Assembly: GCA_000934665.2 (NCBI GenBank)
Contig: JYFJ02000988.1
Location: 62,001-97,185 of the forward strand
DNA length: 35,185 nucleotides
Direction: 5' to 3'
Origin: Catajapyx aquilonaris
Taxonomy: Eukaryota
Shown: positions 21,207-34,260 of the stretch, piece by piece
Numbering within the stretch: the first letter of the stretch is position 1
Layout: every line of letters starts with the position of its first letter
Program-made: the position numbers and the translations under genes
Notes under the pieces: generated by a model
What the model saw: only the letters and a program-made list of their open reading frames with translations
What the model was told of the DNA's origin: nothing
Databases searched by the model: none

Positions 21207-24200
21207 ATGGCGAGAGAGGATCGGCTGTGTCCATGTGGCCGGTCTGCCCCGGGGCCTGCCCCGAGGCGGCCCGCCCCGTGGTTGGCCCTGGTTGTGGGGC
21301 TGGCCTGCCTCATCCTGGCCCCACTGGGGGCGGAAGGGGTGGCCGTGATGAGCGTGGACCTCGGATCCGAGCACATGAAGATCGCGGTGGTCTCTCCCGG
21401 CGTTCCGATGGAGATCGTGCTCAACCTGGAATCGAAGAGGAAGACTCCCGTTGTCGTCTCTTTTAGAGACCGGGAGAGGCTCTTTGGAGAAGACGCACTC
21501 AACACTGGAGTCAGGTTCCCTGCAAGCATGTACAGGTAAATATCATGGTCATACGCTGATGTGTGCGCAGTCTGAATCTGACATGTATTAAATGTATGGC
21601 AGAAACATACAACAACAATAGTAATCTGGGTATTAGTGCACGAGGCACATGGAACAACAGGCATGTACGAGCATCACTTTTTACCCAGACGTACTTAGTA
21701 GCCTATTAAGACACTTGTACAGTTGTTGGATTTATTTTAGAGGCGGTAGCCCGTAAGTAAGACCGTACAACCATTTTCAGCAATGAATTTTATTTGCAAG
21801 AAATCGTGGTATTTTTTTAAAATTTTATTATTATTTATAGTCGTTAAGGTGCATTTACATGTGCGCAATTTGACGAGCGCAATCGTCGCCGAGGCTGAAA
21901 TTAACAATCGGCTTTCGCCTCATACAATATCGGTTACTTGGGTTACTTACCGTCGGCGATGACTTCGCTCGTCAAATTGCTCACATGTAAATGCACCTTT
22001 AATGTTCATGTGCTTTAAAAATTTAACATGTAAAATTTTTTGCAATGAATAATGAGATTATGGGACTGCTGTATTACATCTACGGGGTTATCGCTTGAGC
22101 TTGATTAGGGCTGATATGACGTAATGCGACATGCAGTCTGCATGGGATGTGGGTTGTTCTGAATAAGTTGATATTTATAATCATCCTGACCTGTGCAATT
22201 ATTTGCAGTAAAATGACGTTAAATGAGCACTGTGACGCTGTTCGGAACATAAATTAATGTTGATTTTTATTGTGTAATTTTTTTTATTTACTAATTGTGT
22301 GTGTTTTGGTTGGCAAAAATTATGCCTCTGCCGCTTGGATCTCTGGTACCAGCGGAGGACAGTGGCATTGAATTAGTGCATGTACCGTGCAGTTTCCTGT
22401 GAGGATCATCCGGATCAAGGACCATGAACATTTTGGCAGACAGTATTTTTCATGTCAGGAGTGTGATGTTGCGGTGCATCCAAGCAAGGGCCTTGTCCAC
22501 TAGGACCATTGCCAAATCGCCTGGTGCCGTCATGTCTCAGATGTGTGTCAAAATTTTCAAAATGAGCATCTATTCATGAGATGAAGTCATTTTTGGTCCG
22601 AAGTTGGGATCAGGAGATATTTTTTAAATATGTCAATTTTAGGCTGCTACATCAGTTAAGAAAAATCCTTGTATTTTTGCCTATTTTTGGACAGTTTGGG
22701 TTAATTTTGGTGTCAAATTAAACCTTTTTCTTTTCTCTTTCGATATAAGGTACAAAAGTGGAACGTAGTGCCGCAGATATCTATTTCTGACCATTGAAAT
22801 GGAATTTTAGCAATGTCTACTTACTGTCATAAAATTACTGCATAAAACTTTTCTGGAATAATATTGAACAATTCTTTTGTTTCACCCTGAACAATAGCTT
22901 TAAAGATTTTTCACTGAGCATTCAAAGTGAATTTTTAGTAATGTTTTACCTTGGTGCGTTCAGTAAGCCATAGCTCACAAACCACTAACACGTACGTATG
23001 ATATATTTTGTGTAGAATGCACCTGCTATGATTTAAAAATCAGAAGGGTGTTTGTTGCGGTTATCAAATTTTTAACAATTATATTGGACAAAAAACACAT
23101 CATTTTTATTTTGCATAATTTGTACAATAATTGTCAAAAAATTGTTGTTATCACGATGCAATGTTTGTAATCAGACTGCTTGAAAAAAAGTACCAAATGA
23201 TGCGGAATTTCTGTGCTATAACTTTCAGGGTAGTCTCCAATTTATGTTTCTAATAAATAATTGGAGATTATATCCTTAATTTGCATTAACACCTTTACCC
23301 AGCATGCCTTCAAATGTGATAATTTTCGTCACTTAACCAAATTAACATCCTGCCTCTTTCTCAGCTACATGCTGGATCTCGTAGGTAAAAGCCCCGACAA
23401 CCCAGCAGTGAAACTCCATCGAGCTCGCTTCCCTTACTACGAGTTCGACCGAGATGAGTTGGAGAAAGGTCGGGTGGTTTTCCGCTATGACAACGAGACC
23501 AGTTTCAGTCCAGAGGAGCTAATTGCAATGGTGCTGAGTAAGGCCAGGGATTATGCGCAGGACTTTGCCCTGCAGCCGATCAAGGACGTCGTGGTCACCG
23601 TTCCTGCCTTCTTCAACCAGGCGGAGAGACGAGCCATTATGATGGCTGCCGAACTTGCTGGGCTCAAGGTATTAGGATTGGGCTCTGAAAAAAGTTGTTT
23701 TATCAATTCGCCACGATTGAAATTTAAGCTAAGCTGGAAATGTGTGGTTCTCGGACAATGTGCGTTAGTGATTGGGGAAAATTAATGCGCTGTTTCCCTC
23801 TCCAGGTTCTGCAACTAATTAATGACAACACTGCCGTTGCTCTGAACTACGGGATGTTCAGACGCAAAGACTTCAACACAACCCCGCATTTCATTTTGTT
23901 TTACGACATGGGAGCATCTTCCACTGTGGCCACTGTGGTTGGCTATCAGGTGGTGCGCACCAAGGAGAGAGGAGGCCTTAGCGAACAGAATCCACAGCTG
24001 AGCATCCTTGGTGTGGGTTATGACCGGACGCTGGGAGGACTGGAAATCCAGCTAAGGCTGAGGGACCACCTGGCCAAGTCGTTCAATGAGATGAAGAAGG
24101 CCAAAGGGGATGTCTTCGACAGTCCGAGGGCTCTGGCCAAGCTCTTCAAAGAGGCTGGGAGAGTTAAAACTGTGCTCAGTGCCAATCCAGATCATTATGC

Positions 24201-26333
24201 GCAGGTTAATGGCCATTATTGTTCATTTTTGCTTCACCAATTCGGTTATAATAACACTCTTAATTTCTACCAAGGTTGAGGGCCTGCTTGAGGATCATGA
24301 CTTCCGACTACAAATGACCCGTGAGCAGCTTGAGTCTCTTTGTACTGACCTCTGGCCCAGGGTTAAGGGTCCGGCAGACCGGGCTCTGGCCGCAGCTGGG
24401 ATCCCGCTAGACAAGATCGACCAGGTGATCATAATGGGAGGTGGAATGAGGGTGCCGAAGATTCAGGAAGAATTGGGCAACCATCTCGGAAGAGAGCTAG
24501 GGAAGAGTCTCAACATGGACGAGGCTGCTGCTATGGGGGCTGTGTACAAGGCGGCCGATCTTGGACCAGGATTCAAGGTAAATTTGTTACAGGTTGGTTA
24601 GCTGACTAAAATCTTCACCTGATTTTCTTAACTTCCAGGTAAAGAAGTTCATTGTCCGTGATGCTGTGATCTTCCCGTTACAAGTGGACTTTGAGCGAGA
24701 GCTTGAGAATGGAGGGATCAAGGTGGCCAGACGCACCTTGTTCTCACTCATGAATCCGTATCCTCAAAAGAAAATCCTCACTTTCAACAAACACGTGACA
24801 GACTTCACCTTCCGGGTCAACTATGGCGACCTGGATCACTTGGGATCTCAAGAAGAGGTCAGGGCCTTGGGTTCACTCAACCTGACCTCTGTTACACTCA
24901 CAGGTGTAGGTGCTGCGATAGAGAAGAGCAGCGGAGAGGGCGTTGAGTCAAAGGGCGTAAAGGCTCACTTCACTTTGGACGACAGCGGGATTTTGACCCT
25001 CACCAATGTGGAGAGCGTGTTTGATAAGGCTGTCCCTGAAGATCCAGAGGAGTCGACATTTTCCAAGCTCGGCAGCACCATCAGCAAGTTGTTTGGAGGC
25101 GAGGATGCACCAGAGCCGACGGAGGCACCAGACGAGACGCCAGAGGGTCAGGAAGTGAAGGATGAGGAGACGACTGCCACACCCACACCAACTCCTGCTC
25201 CTGAAGGTACAACTACGGAGGCACCCAGCACTGAGGGTGAAGCTAAGGTGCCGCCCGTGGCACCTTCTGAAAAGAAAGATGAGGTTGCAAATGACACCAA
25301 AACCGAAGCCAGGAAGATCGTGGTTGTGAAGGTGAGTTTGCATCTTCCAGTCCATGACATCAAACGCAATTCTCTCTAGATTAGTGACATGTTATTTATT
25401 TATGACGGACAGCTGAGAATAATTTCATTCCAATTAATTTTTACAAGATTGTTAACACACTTGTTATGTTCAGGAGCCGATTGTGTCAGGAGAGACCCGT
25501 CATGATGCTGCGGAGATAACGGATATGGAGCGGCGCCAAATGCAGCGCAAGTTGGACCAGCTGGATGAAACAGATCGACGTCGCAATGCTCTTCAGCGCG
25601 CCAGAAACTCCCTGGAAAGTTTCGTGTTGGACACAGAAGAAAAGTTAAGCACGCCCGAGTATAAACGTGCGTCTACTGAGGAGGAGCGTGACAAGATCAT
25701 GGCTGCTTGCTCCGAAATCTCAGACTGGCTGTATGGAGATGGCGACGATGCAGAGCAATCTGAGTTTGATAATCGCTTTGTGACGCTGAAGACCTTGGTG
25801 TCTCCTGTTGCTGAAAGGGTGAAGGAGCACAGGGAGCGTCCCGAAGCACTCAACGCACTCAAGGAAGTTTTGAATGCAAGCAGCGAGTTCTTGGGGAAAG
25901 CACGTGCACTTGATGACAGGGAGCAGTACTTTACAGAGGTAAAGTTCTTCCAAAATATGATCATTCTGAATTTCAGATCGGGACATTCCGTTGGCAGATG
26001 TCTAACGTGTTTTGTCTTTTTCAGGTGGAACTCAACACACTTGAGAAGATGATCAATGACACGACATCCTGGAAGGCCCAGAAGGAGCAGGAGCAGGCAG
26101 CTACTCTAGAAACGCTGACGCCGAAGCTGACGACCAAGAGTGTAGCGGAGAAGATAGCCCAGCTGGACAGGGAGGTCAAGTATCTGGTCAACAAGGCGAG
26201 GGTCAATCGGATCAAGAAGGAGGCAGAGGAGAGGGAAAAGACGACCAAAGAGGAGCCCACACCGAGTGAGGAAAAGAAACCTGAAGAGTCGACAGAGAAA
26301 CCAGAGGATAAGGAAAAGCATGGAGAGTTATAA
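21207..26333 (+). CDS. HYOU1: Hypoxia up-regulated protein 1 / GRP170 / ORP150 (ER Hsp70-family chaperone and nucleotide exchange factor), 933 aa
   Basis: Exons: 21207-21535, 23365-23668, 23806-24204, 24275-24577, 24639-25331, 25474-25938, 26025-26333. Total 2802 nt, all introns GT-AG, phases consistent. A signal peptide is followed by [130 protein letters not shown], an acidic E/P/T insert, and a C-terminal ER-retrieval-like KHGEL. Confidence 0.98.
21847..21998. mobile_element. PIF/Harbinger-type MITE (152 bp) in HYOU1 intron 1
   Basis: 46-bp TIRs AGGTGCATTTACATGTG.. with 4 mismatches; TTA target duplication at 21844-21846 and 21999-22001. Confidence 0.9.
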
Positions 26334-26774
26334 CAGAGGAAATTAGACCAACAATTTTTTTTTGCGGGGGGATGATTGGGGGGATGGGGGGATTTGAAGT
26401 GAGAGAGGGAGATATTTATTAACTGTTCATTCCTGTTTTATCAGAAGGGACTTTGTTGGGAGGATGAGACAACAAATTCAGGAAGTCAGCATCAAGTTCC
26501 TGATTTGCGCAGGTTTATTGTGCGTGAGTCCAAATTATTATTTTTTTTGTCACACTTTTTCGTTAAGGTATGGTTGGTATTTGGGAATGTAAATAGTGCA
26601 GTGGTTTTCTCTTTTTTTTTTGAGAGGTGGTTCGTCAGGATTGTTAAATGTAGAAATATTCCTGCATTTCAACAATGTTAATGGGCTGTGCAACTATAAT
26701 TCCTAGTGTTTCTAACGTATTTAAAAAGGCACCATGGTTGTGTTTTTATCGTATAACCGTGAAAGAGTGTCGGG

Positions 26775-26780
26775 AATAAA
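26775..26780 (+). terminator. Likely polyadenylation signal of HYOU1
   Basis: AATAAA about 440 nt after the stop codon, followed by a GT-rich tract (atgtgttgtatagttgttg). Confidence 0.55.
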
Positions 26781-27856
26781 AATTGGTGGCAGCACTTTGA
26801 ATATGTGTTGTATAGTTGTTGCTAATTTCATTGAATATAATCATTGTGCGTGGAAAATGCTGTTTATATTTTATGGCAAAGAAAATCATGTGACATCATA
26901 TCTTTAATTTTTGATATGCTGCCAAAATGTTTACAAATGTTCGTGAGAGAGGTACTTCACTTTTTGCAATGGTTTTGTTCAAGGGAATGGAAGTCGGGTA
27001 ATAAATTGTAAATGTGGTTTTGACAGCTGTCGAAATATGTAATTGTGTTGTTACGGATGAATTTATGTCGACTTCATGTCGACAATGGTCGGTTATTCCC
27101 CGCATTGCGTAATTGCAGCTTAATTATGACAGTGAAGAGGTGACAATGGCAGGGGAGACATTGCAGGAATATTTCTACAGTAAACAATGCCTTTCAGCCT
27201 ACCTTCGCCACTGACAATTAGTATATAATGTAAACTTTCAGGTAGTTAACACAGGTCAATTTTTTCAAAGGAAAGTATTATAAATGCTCAACTCTTAATA
27301 TGCCAAACTTGAAGCGAAAATCAGCTCCCTCTTTGAAAATTTTTTGTCTACAGTGGTAAGGAAACATGAATATAAATTTAAAATCTCAATGGTTGGCCGC
27401 CTTACATTCGAAAGGGAAGTGATAAATGTAATTTTGTTTTACATTGCACCAGAAAAATAAAACAAGACGAAAAATGTTGTGTAAATGGACCGCACCTTTG
27501 TTGTAAACCAAAAAAAAAAAAAAGTGATCCTCACCTGTAAAAGACAATGAAAGTTATTTTATCAACCAGTCTTTGAATATTTTTTTATAGTACTGTGAGT
27601 TACAACTGGTAAATCATAAGTGTACATATTCATGAGCGGAAAGTAAGAATGCATTGTCCGTAATGTAATTAGCTGACCAAAAATTCTGGGATTTGTGACA
27701 CCATTCCGAGGATTGTTGAGGCAACCTCGCAACAGCATGATCTAATGAGAAGCGATATAACACCAGACGACAAAATGCATTAGAAAATATTTGGTTTTAA
27801 TTGGTCGAGTTTTGATGATTGCATTTTACCAATTTTTTGGCACAAATTTCTTGTGC

Positions 27857-29803
27857 TTATTGAATAACTTTCTTAAAAAATGGAAAAGGCCACCTTTTAC
27901 CGCAGCATCCCAGTAACTTTTTAATGACTATTTCTGTCAAGAACATAGCAACAGAAGCCACACTACCAACAATAAGAATGCAGAAAGCTCCCCCGACACT
28001 TTCCAAAGTGACGGCCACATCGTCCTGATCCACTATGCCATCCTCTCGCCTCCTCCTGAACTTATTCAGCATTTGCATGTGATCTTCATGTGCGGTTCTT
28101 CTCATCTCAAGACCAATGCTGTGATATATTCCCATCCAGTAATCAAAGTAATTCTGGTAGATGCTTCTGCGTGCAAGAAAAACTGCGGTGTACATTACGA
28201 TTAAATTGTCATTGGATATGAAAGTGTTTCCATGGCCGTACACGTCGATGTCATTAGACATGATGTGCAAGGACCTGTCGTCTCCCACGCAGGCTCTGTC
28301 ATACCTCATGAAGTCTGACACGCATTCACGACTATGAGATATTACAGTAAATTTTTCAATCAGTGTTTCGAAATCTAGGAACATTTTCTCGAAGAATTTC
28401 TCTATCATGATGTCATACTTGGAATTGAACAATTCCTGGGAATTGGAGGGGACTATCTCTTTTGGAGGGAAAGTGATGAAGTAATAGAGCTTGCTTGTGT
28501 ATCCGGTTGTAATGACGATCACAAAAATCATCCACATTGATACAAACGCCCTTGAAGATGATGGCTCGTTGGAGAGGTTGTTGGAGAATTGTCCTAAGAG
28601 AGTGCGTCCAAGGTATCTGAAGGTGTACAATGCTGAACGGAATGGAGACAGAGCTCGTATCATTAGAAACCTCACCTTTGCAAAGGCCCACAGGAACAAA
28701 CCAGATAGACAAAAGCAGATGGCAAACTGACTCCAACAAAATGAGTCGTAGGGATACACAATGATGAGGGGAGTTTGTAAATCGCGAGGAGTCCTAGCGA
28801 GAAAAGTTATCCGAAGTTGAATGTTTTTGGGCACGACGTCAAATATAAAGCCAAAAATATCAATCAACGGTCCGGATGGTACAAATGAGAGTTTTCCGTC
28901 CCTGAAATCATCCAAGACAGTGTAGCTCCTGTTGTCCAGAAGTAAAAGTTCAGTCAAGCCGGCGTTGGTATGCCACCTGAAGTTCAGGGCTTCTGCTACA
29001 AAACATAGATCATTGAGTTGAAAATATGGCCCGCACATAGTGTCATCCATTTCTTCTGTAAACAGGCCTTCAAGTTTTAAACCTCCCAGGTCGTTGGCTG
29101 TGTCTCGAAACAGATCCAGTGTCACATCGTCGTTGAAGACGACATGGTCGAAGATAGGTCCGTTGCAGAAAAGGCACACTGAATTGACACGAATGGTGTC
29201 GTTATCTCCTGGAGTGAGAGACACCTTCAACTTGATGTTGGATGCAGGTTTTTCAGCCAGGAATTCGTTGCCATCCGAATCCCTGATCCAAAAGACGAAA
29301 GGGTCGCGAGTGGTTTTTGCCACTATCAGAGCCTCCTCTTGATCCAAAAGCGCCTCCGTGACATCCTCGTAGTTGTCGGCACATGTTATGACCAGATGCA
29401 ATGCGCATTTGGCCTGTGTTGCCACATTCCATCCCCCAGCATATTCTCTTCCTTCTACTGAGTCATCGCATGTCCAGGTGCTTTTATATTCTGATCTGGA
29501 GATGACCACTGGTCTTCCCACGCTGGACATGTTGGCCAGAAGCGTCTGGACACTTGCAGGAAGAGACTTTCCCACGTCGTGACTCACCACCATAGGACAT
29601 TCCAGCTCCACAATTCGTTCGTTGTTTAGGGCTCTCCACACGAACTGAGACTCGACATGTCCGTTCACCGTCTGGTCTGTCTCTATTGAAACATTGGCAG
29701 ATGTCACTCTGATGGATGTGAGAAACAGTAGCCAAGAAACAAAAATTTCCATAAACTTACGGTTATACATGGTTATGCCAAAGACTGTGTCCGTCCTTTT
29801 CAT
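27857..29803 (-). CDS. Divergent ionotropic receptor (IR; iGluR-related chemosensory receptor), single exon, 648 aa
   Basis: 1947-nt uninterrupted ORF. It has an N-terminal hydrophobic signal (MEIFVSWLLFLTSIRVTSA), M1 (PYDSFCWSQFAICFCLSGLFLWAF), pore loop (RTLLGQ), M2 (SSRAFVSMWMIFVIVITTGYTSKLYYFITFP), an S2 lobe and a final TM (VTLESVGGAFCILIVGSVASVAMFLTEIV). The true start could be the 1st, 2nd or 3rd Met. Confidence 0.88.
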   Translation of the reverse strand: MKRTDTVFGITMYNRKFMEIFVSWLLFLTSIRVTSANVSIETDQTVNGHVESQFVWRALNNERIVELECPMVVSHDVGKSLPASVQTLLANMSSVGRPVVISRSEYKSTWTCDDSVEGREYAGGWNVATQAKCALHLVITCADNYEDVTEALLDQEEALIVAKTTRDPFVFWIRDSDGNEFLAEKPASNIKLKVSLTPGDNDTIRVNSVCLFCNGPIFDHVVFNDDVTLDLFRDTANDLGGLKLEGLFTEEMDDTMCGPYFQLNDLCFVAEALNFRWHTNAGLTELLLLDNRSYTVLDDFRDGKLSFVPSGPLIDIFGFIFDVVPKNIQLRITFLARTPRDLQTPLIIVYPYDSFCWSQFAICFCLSGLFLWAFAKVRFLMIRALSPFRSALYTFRYLGRTLLGQFSNNLSNEPSSSRAFVSMWMIFVIVITTGYTSKLYYFITFPPKEIVPSNSQELFNSKYDIMIEKFFEKMFLDFETLIEKFTVISHSRECVSDFMRYDRACVGDDRSLHIMSNDIDVYGHGNTFISNDNLIVMYTAVFLARRSIYQNYFDYWMGIYHSIGLEMRRTAHEDHMQMLNKFRRRREDGIVDQDDVAVTLESVGGAFCILIVGSVASVAMFLTEIVIKKLLGCCGKRWPFPFFKKVIQ

Positions 29804-32800
29804 TGCTGAAACTGCGTACTATATTCGAATAGTCCACCACCTGGTCGACCACGCCCTCTGTCAGTTCATGAGTGCATAATAATAAATCAAGTACAGTGTT
29901 ACAACACAAAGTGCCTCCGAGTTGACGCCCAATCCATGGTTGCGACAGAATCGGATAAATACCAAGAAAATGTCGACATCGATACCTAGACCTGGTAATC
30001 GAAGCCATCAATACTCTGTCAATGAAGATGTTATTATTACGTATGTTGGCTAACAAAAATAGGGGGGTTAACAAAATCTTTTGACTAAAATATTATGCGC
30101 TGCGGTGTGTTGAAAGAATGAGAAAATGAGGTTCTTATCAGTACCAATCCAAGAAAGGAAATATTAATTAATATTATTAATTAGCAGCCTATAGGTGATA
30201 TTTGTATAACATTATGTAGACAAAGCAGAATTACGATGGGACGAATTACGATTAATGGGAGTCAAGAAATTGGAGGTTGGTTTTGTTGAGTGTTTTTCTC
30301 AATCAACTTAAAACTAATTATATATGTATTTAGAGAATGATACTCGTGAATGTTAATAAGCGTCCCTTCATATCGAACCGGAAACTGCGAAGGTAAGTAC
30401 AGCTAGCCAAAATAAATAGAGGAAAATTCAAATGGGAACTTTTCAATTATTTCGCAATAATTATCAGGTGTCTCTGGATCATGTAAACAGTGCGTGTCCT
30501 CCAGTTATTTAGATATAATGTGTGTACCTATAGGTCTATGTACGTTGTTATTTGATGGTTAGTTTATGCCCGATTGCGCCAACGAAATTACCGATTTGAT
30601 AGCTCCTAACAGATCGATCGTTAGCAATATACGTGTCGGAAAAAAAATTTTGAGGGGAAAAATCAGCTCCGAATTAAAGTGTGTCCCAACAATAATATTA
30701 GTTAATGAATAAAAAATTCCAATAGGACGATTGTATTTTAGACATGGTTTTAAATACGTGTCTAGATAAGTGATGTAGGCAATAGGCTATACACCAGCAT
30801 GATTTTTGTGTGACGAAAGCTGACCTTCGTCGTTCAATCTTTTTTTTCTGACAACAAGAGTAGACCACAAATCCACAATGCATTGCACTTGTAATACTCG
30901 AGGTGGCCTTGACGTGCCTTGAAGCGTGGTACACTACACTCCATCGGACTAGTCAGATCGAAATCTAGGCATTGTAGATAAGACATATACCACCGACCAG
31001 GAGGGGGCTGGGTCGGGGGTGGTGAAGGAAGAGGCGGAGACGACTTTGAACTGGCTGCCCCTCTTTCTTTCCCTGCCTGGAGCTGCATCGAGAAGGTTCT
31101 CTCTGATGACGGACCTGCACCATATTATGGTAAGCATACCTAATTGCTGGGGGGTAGTTCTGCATAGCCCATACTATGCCATTGAACCTGTCAAGCAGGG
31201 TCATGCACTCGGGAAATATTCCAACATATACGTATATTATATTGAGTATTTTGTTTCCAGGTGAGAGACAACACTGACTGATGGCCAGCACTTTTGGGAT
31301 CGAGTACTGCAGATGTATCCATCGATGCTGACTTGTCAAAATGGTCCTCGGGCTTCTTCGTTGTCAACATGAAGCACTTGACGACCACTGTTACACAACT
31401 CTGGTGAGTACCTGACAAACACAAACCCTCTGACTCTCTTCCATGATCAATTTTCCTGCCAAATTCGTGTGTTTTTCCAGTGGGGATTTCAGATGAAGCA
31501 AAATATTGAAAATCCAGATTTTTTATGCCTTGGTGAAAATCAAGAAATTTGCCGATTTGCGCATTTTTAACCTTTAAAATGGCTCCAGGAGGCTATTGGA
31601 ATGTGGGCAAATTTTTTATTGCAGCATTTGCAACAATGGTATAGAATGTGCCCCATTTTTCGAGCCGTAATTAACTAAAACTGGCAAATTCTGACTTGTT
31701 CACAGCCGAGCTGGCCCCCCATTGGACAATGGAAGTCGAGATTTGAACTCATAATTTGCGAATAATTTGACTCGAATTGGGCATTATGTCTTAAATCCTG
31801 ATTCTTCAACTTGGGCAATATGAACGACAAGCTAGAATTTTGAGGGATATGTCAACTTGCACCACCCGTCATTTTATTGGCAAACTGGAGGACAGTGATG
31901 AGTAAAGTGTTAAATGATCTTGATTTTTTTGATTGACATGTAAAATTGTAAATTATTAAATCAGTGGTAGGTCCAGATGGTCAAATGCCTTGACCCCAAT
32001 AGGGTCAAATATATTCTGGGTGCTGTGGCATTATGGTAATTCCTTTTTCTCATATCACGTTTTAATATGTAATGAGCTTATAACGTAAAAGCTCTAAAAG
32101 ATGGCGACTGTTTTGCAATGAAGCCAAATTCAAAATTGTTGTATGTGATGACCAACTTGATCTGCAATATTAAATGAAGGTGCAGCCTACCTTTGCTTGA
32201 GTGCTGTAAATAGCAAATAATTGGCATTTTTCCTGGAAATTTGGAGGTGTGAGATCCCCTTTAATTGATACAAAATTGTACTTTTAACTGCTAAAAGAGA
32301 ACCTAAACCCATTCCATAGTGTTTAGTGACTTGTTGCTTGACATTTTGATCTAATACAATATCTGCCCTTTGCAGAAGCAGCCTCAACTAGCCTGAAACG
32401 TCTGCGTTGCTCTGGAGACGTTACTGCTGCGATGGACACCTGGTTTCGCTGAGAGACTCCAGCAACAGACATGGTCATCTCATTTCATCACCAGCCCCCA
32501 TCCAGCACAATTATGGTTCTGCCAGTGACTTCAGCTGCCAACACGGTTGCACTTGGTGAGTCCTATTCTCTTGCTTTCATTTATTGGTGCCTCGATCGTC
32601 GTCGTGTCTTGATCGGAAATAGGATAATCCACGCACAGTTTGAGTTGAAGGCAACGTAAGAGTAGTGACAGTGTCAGGTTAATTGTTAGGCTGTCGAGTG
32701 GGCTGCAGCGACATTTGACTTGAGGTAGTGCGAGGTTTAATTTCAGTGCAAAATAGTACCGTACATGAATATTTTGTGAGACAGTCCAAGGGCATATGTG

Positions 32801-33085
32801 ATGAAGGCATGCAGCAGGAGTCATGAAAGTTTCTAGATATTCAATGTGAATTGCTGTGGTACTGATTCCAAATGTTGTGCATTAATATGAATGGAATCTG
32901 TTATCAACAGGTGCTTAAAATTGAAATTAATCAAATACCTGTATAAGGACAATGGGAAATGGGATATTCAGTTTTCTGAGGGTTGCTTGTCGCATGTGCC
33001 TTGAATACTGTAATCTATTGACATTTGACAGTTAATTTTCTTGAGGAGGAATAAGTCACCTATAATAATCTGTGCACCCCTGAAA

Positions 33086-34260
33086 ATGGCCTGGCAGTGC
33101 TAATTTGAAAAAAAACAACGTTGCATTGGAAGCGTTAAATATGACAGATTGAAACAATGAGTTAAGTAGCATTTTGCCTATTAGGTGGCAGCCTTCTCAC
33201 AAAATGTGGTGAGTGTTACATGTGTATTCACTGCGAAGCATACTTAGCCACTTGATTGAACTTGTGAGGAAATGGTTACTTTGCAAGTTAACGATCAGTG
33301 ACAAGGACATTGTTACATTGATGGCTATGGTTTACTCTAACTGTAAGTACGGCGCAATAGTCTTTCAGTTAAGTCTTCCCTTCAATGGCATTTTTCTCAT
33401 AACAAATCTACGTGTTATTTCAGCAGTGTCGTTTTAGTGGCTATTTAAATTACTTCCCAATATAATCAGGTCACCACTGTACATGACCTAGTACGAAAAA
33501 TCACCTGCATGTCCATGTCACAAATATGAATTAGTAGAAAACGAATAATGTTTTAATAAGATCTGCAGGCTGCAACATCGCTCTTCCATATTCCTAATTA
33601 TAATTGTTATATGATTGTAACATTAGAATTATAAGTGTAGATATATAGAATATAAGTTGTATGATAGCATTTATTAGAATAATTATAGATATGTATAGAT
33701 ATACGTAGAATATAAGTTGTACATTCATATTCTAATTGAATGGAAGTGATGTTGGGGCCTGCAGGTGTTATTAAAACATGATTAGTTTTCTACTAATTCA
33801 TATTTTGTAAGATGGACATGCAGGTGACTTTCATGCTAGGTGAACTTCACTGGTGTTCGGCAAGTACAGTGGTGCACTGATTGTATCAGGAAGGGATTTA
33901 AATAGCCACTAAAGAGATACTGCTAAATAACAAGCAGATTAGTTATGAGAAATATGCCATTGAAGGGAAGACTTAACTGAAAGACTACTGCGCCGTACGT
34001 GCATTTCAATCATGAAATTAAACCATATAATAGCCATCAATGTAACAATGTCCTTGTCACTGCTCGTTAACTTGCAAGGTAACCATTTCCTCGCAGGTTC
34101 AATCAAGTTTCTAAGTATGCTTTGCATTGAATATGCAAGCAACACTCACCACCACATTTTGTGAGAAGGCTGCCACCCAATAAGTACTCAACTCATTGTT
34201 TCCATTTGCCTGATGTTTTCAATGCAACTTTTTAATAAATTAGCACTACTGCCAGGCCAT
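33086..34260. mobile_element. Long foldback / inverted repeat (~1.17 kb, ~515-530 bp arms), probably a non-autonomous DNA transposon
   Basis: Arm 33086-33600 is the diverged reverse complement of 33733-34260 (e.g. 27-nt exact match, 33184-33210 vs 34151-34177). The AT-rich spacer has a duplicated TAGAATATAAGTTGTA (33646, 33706). ORFs 33213+ and 34145- are mirror translations of the two arms. Confidence 0.9.

Noticed and set aside
22490..22760. Transposon-like interior sequence in HYOU1 intron 1 (similar character at 31440-31870)
   Set aside because: No TIRs or TSDs could be delimited by eye.
21134..26321. Antisense ORFs overlapping HYOU1 (e.g. 21134-21664, 24948-25355, 25593-25964)
   Set aside because: Shadow ORFs of GC-rich coding exons with no independent protein signature.
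31261..31403. In-frame TGA (DNTD*WPALL) as a possible selenocysteine codon
   Set aside because: No selenoprotein-like motif, the frame hits another stop at the next junction, and no SECIS was identified.
33213..34145. Two similar small ORFs on opposite strands suggesting a duplicated gene
   Set aside because: They are mirror translations of the foldback arms, start at non-ATG codons and match no known protein.
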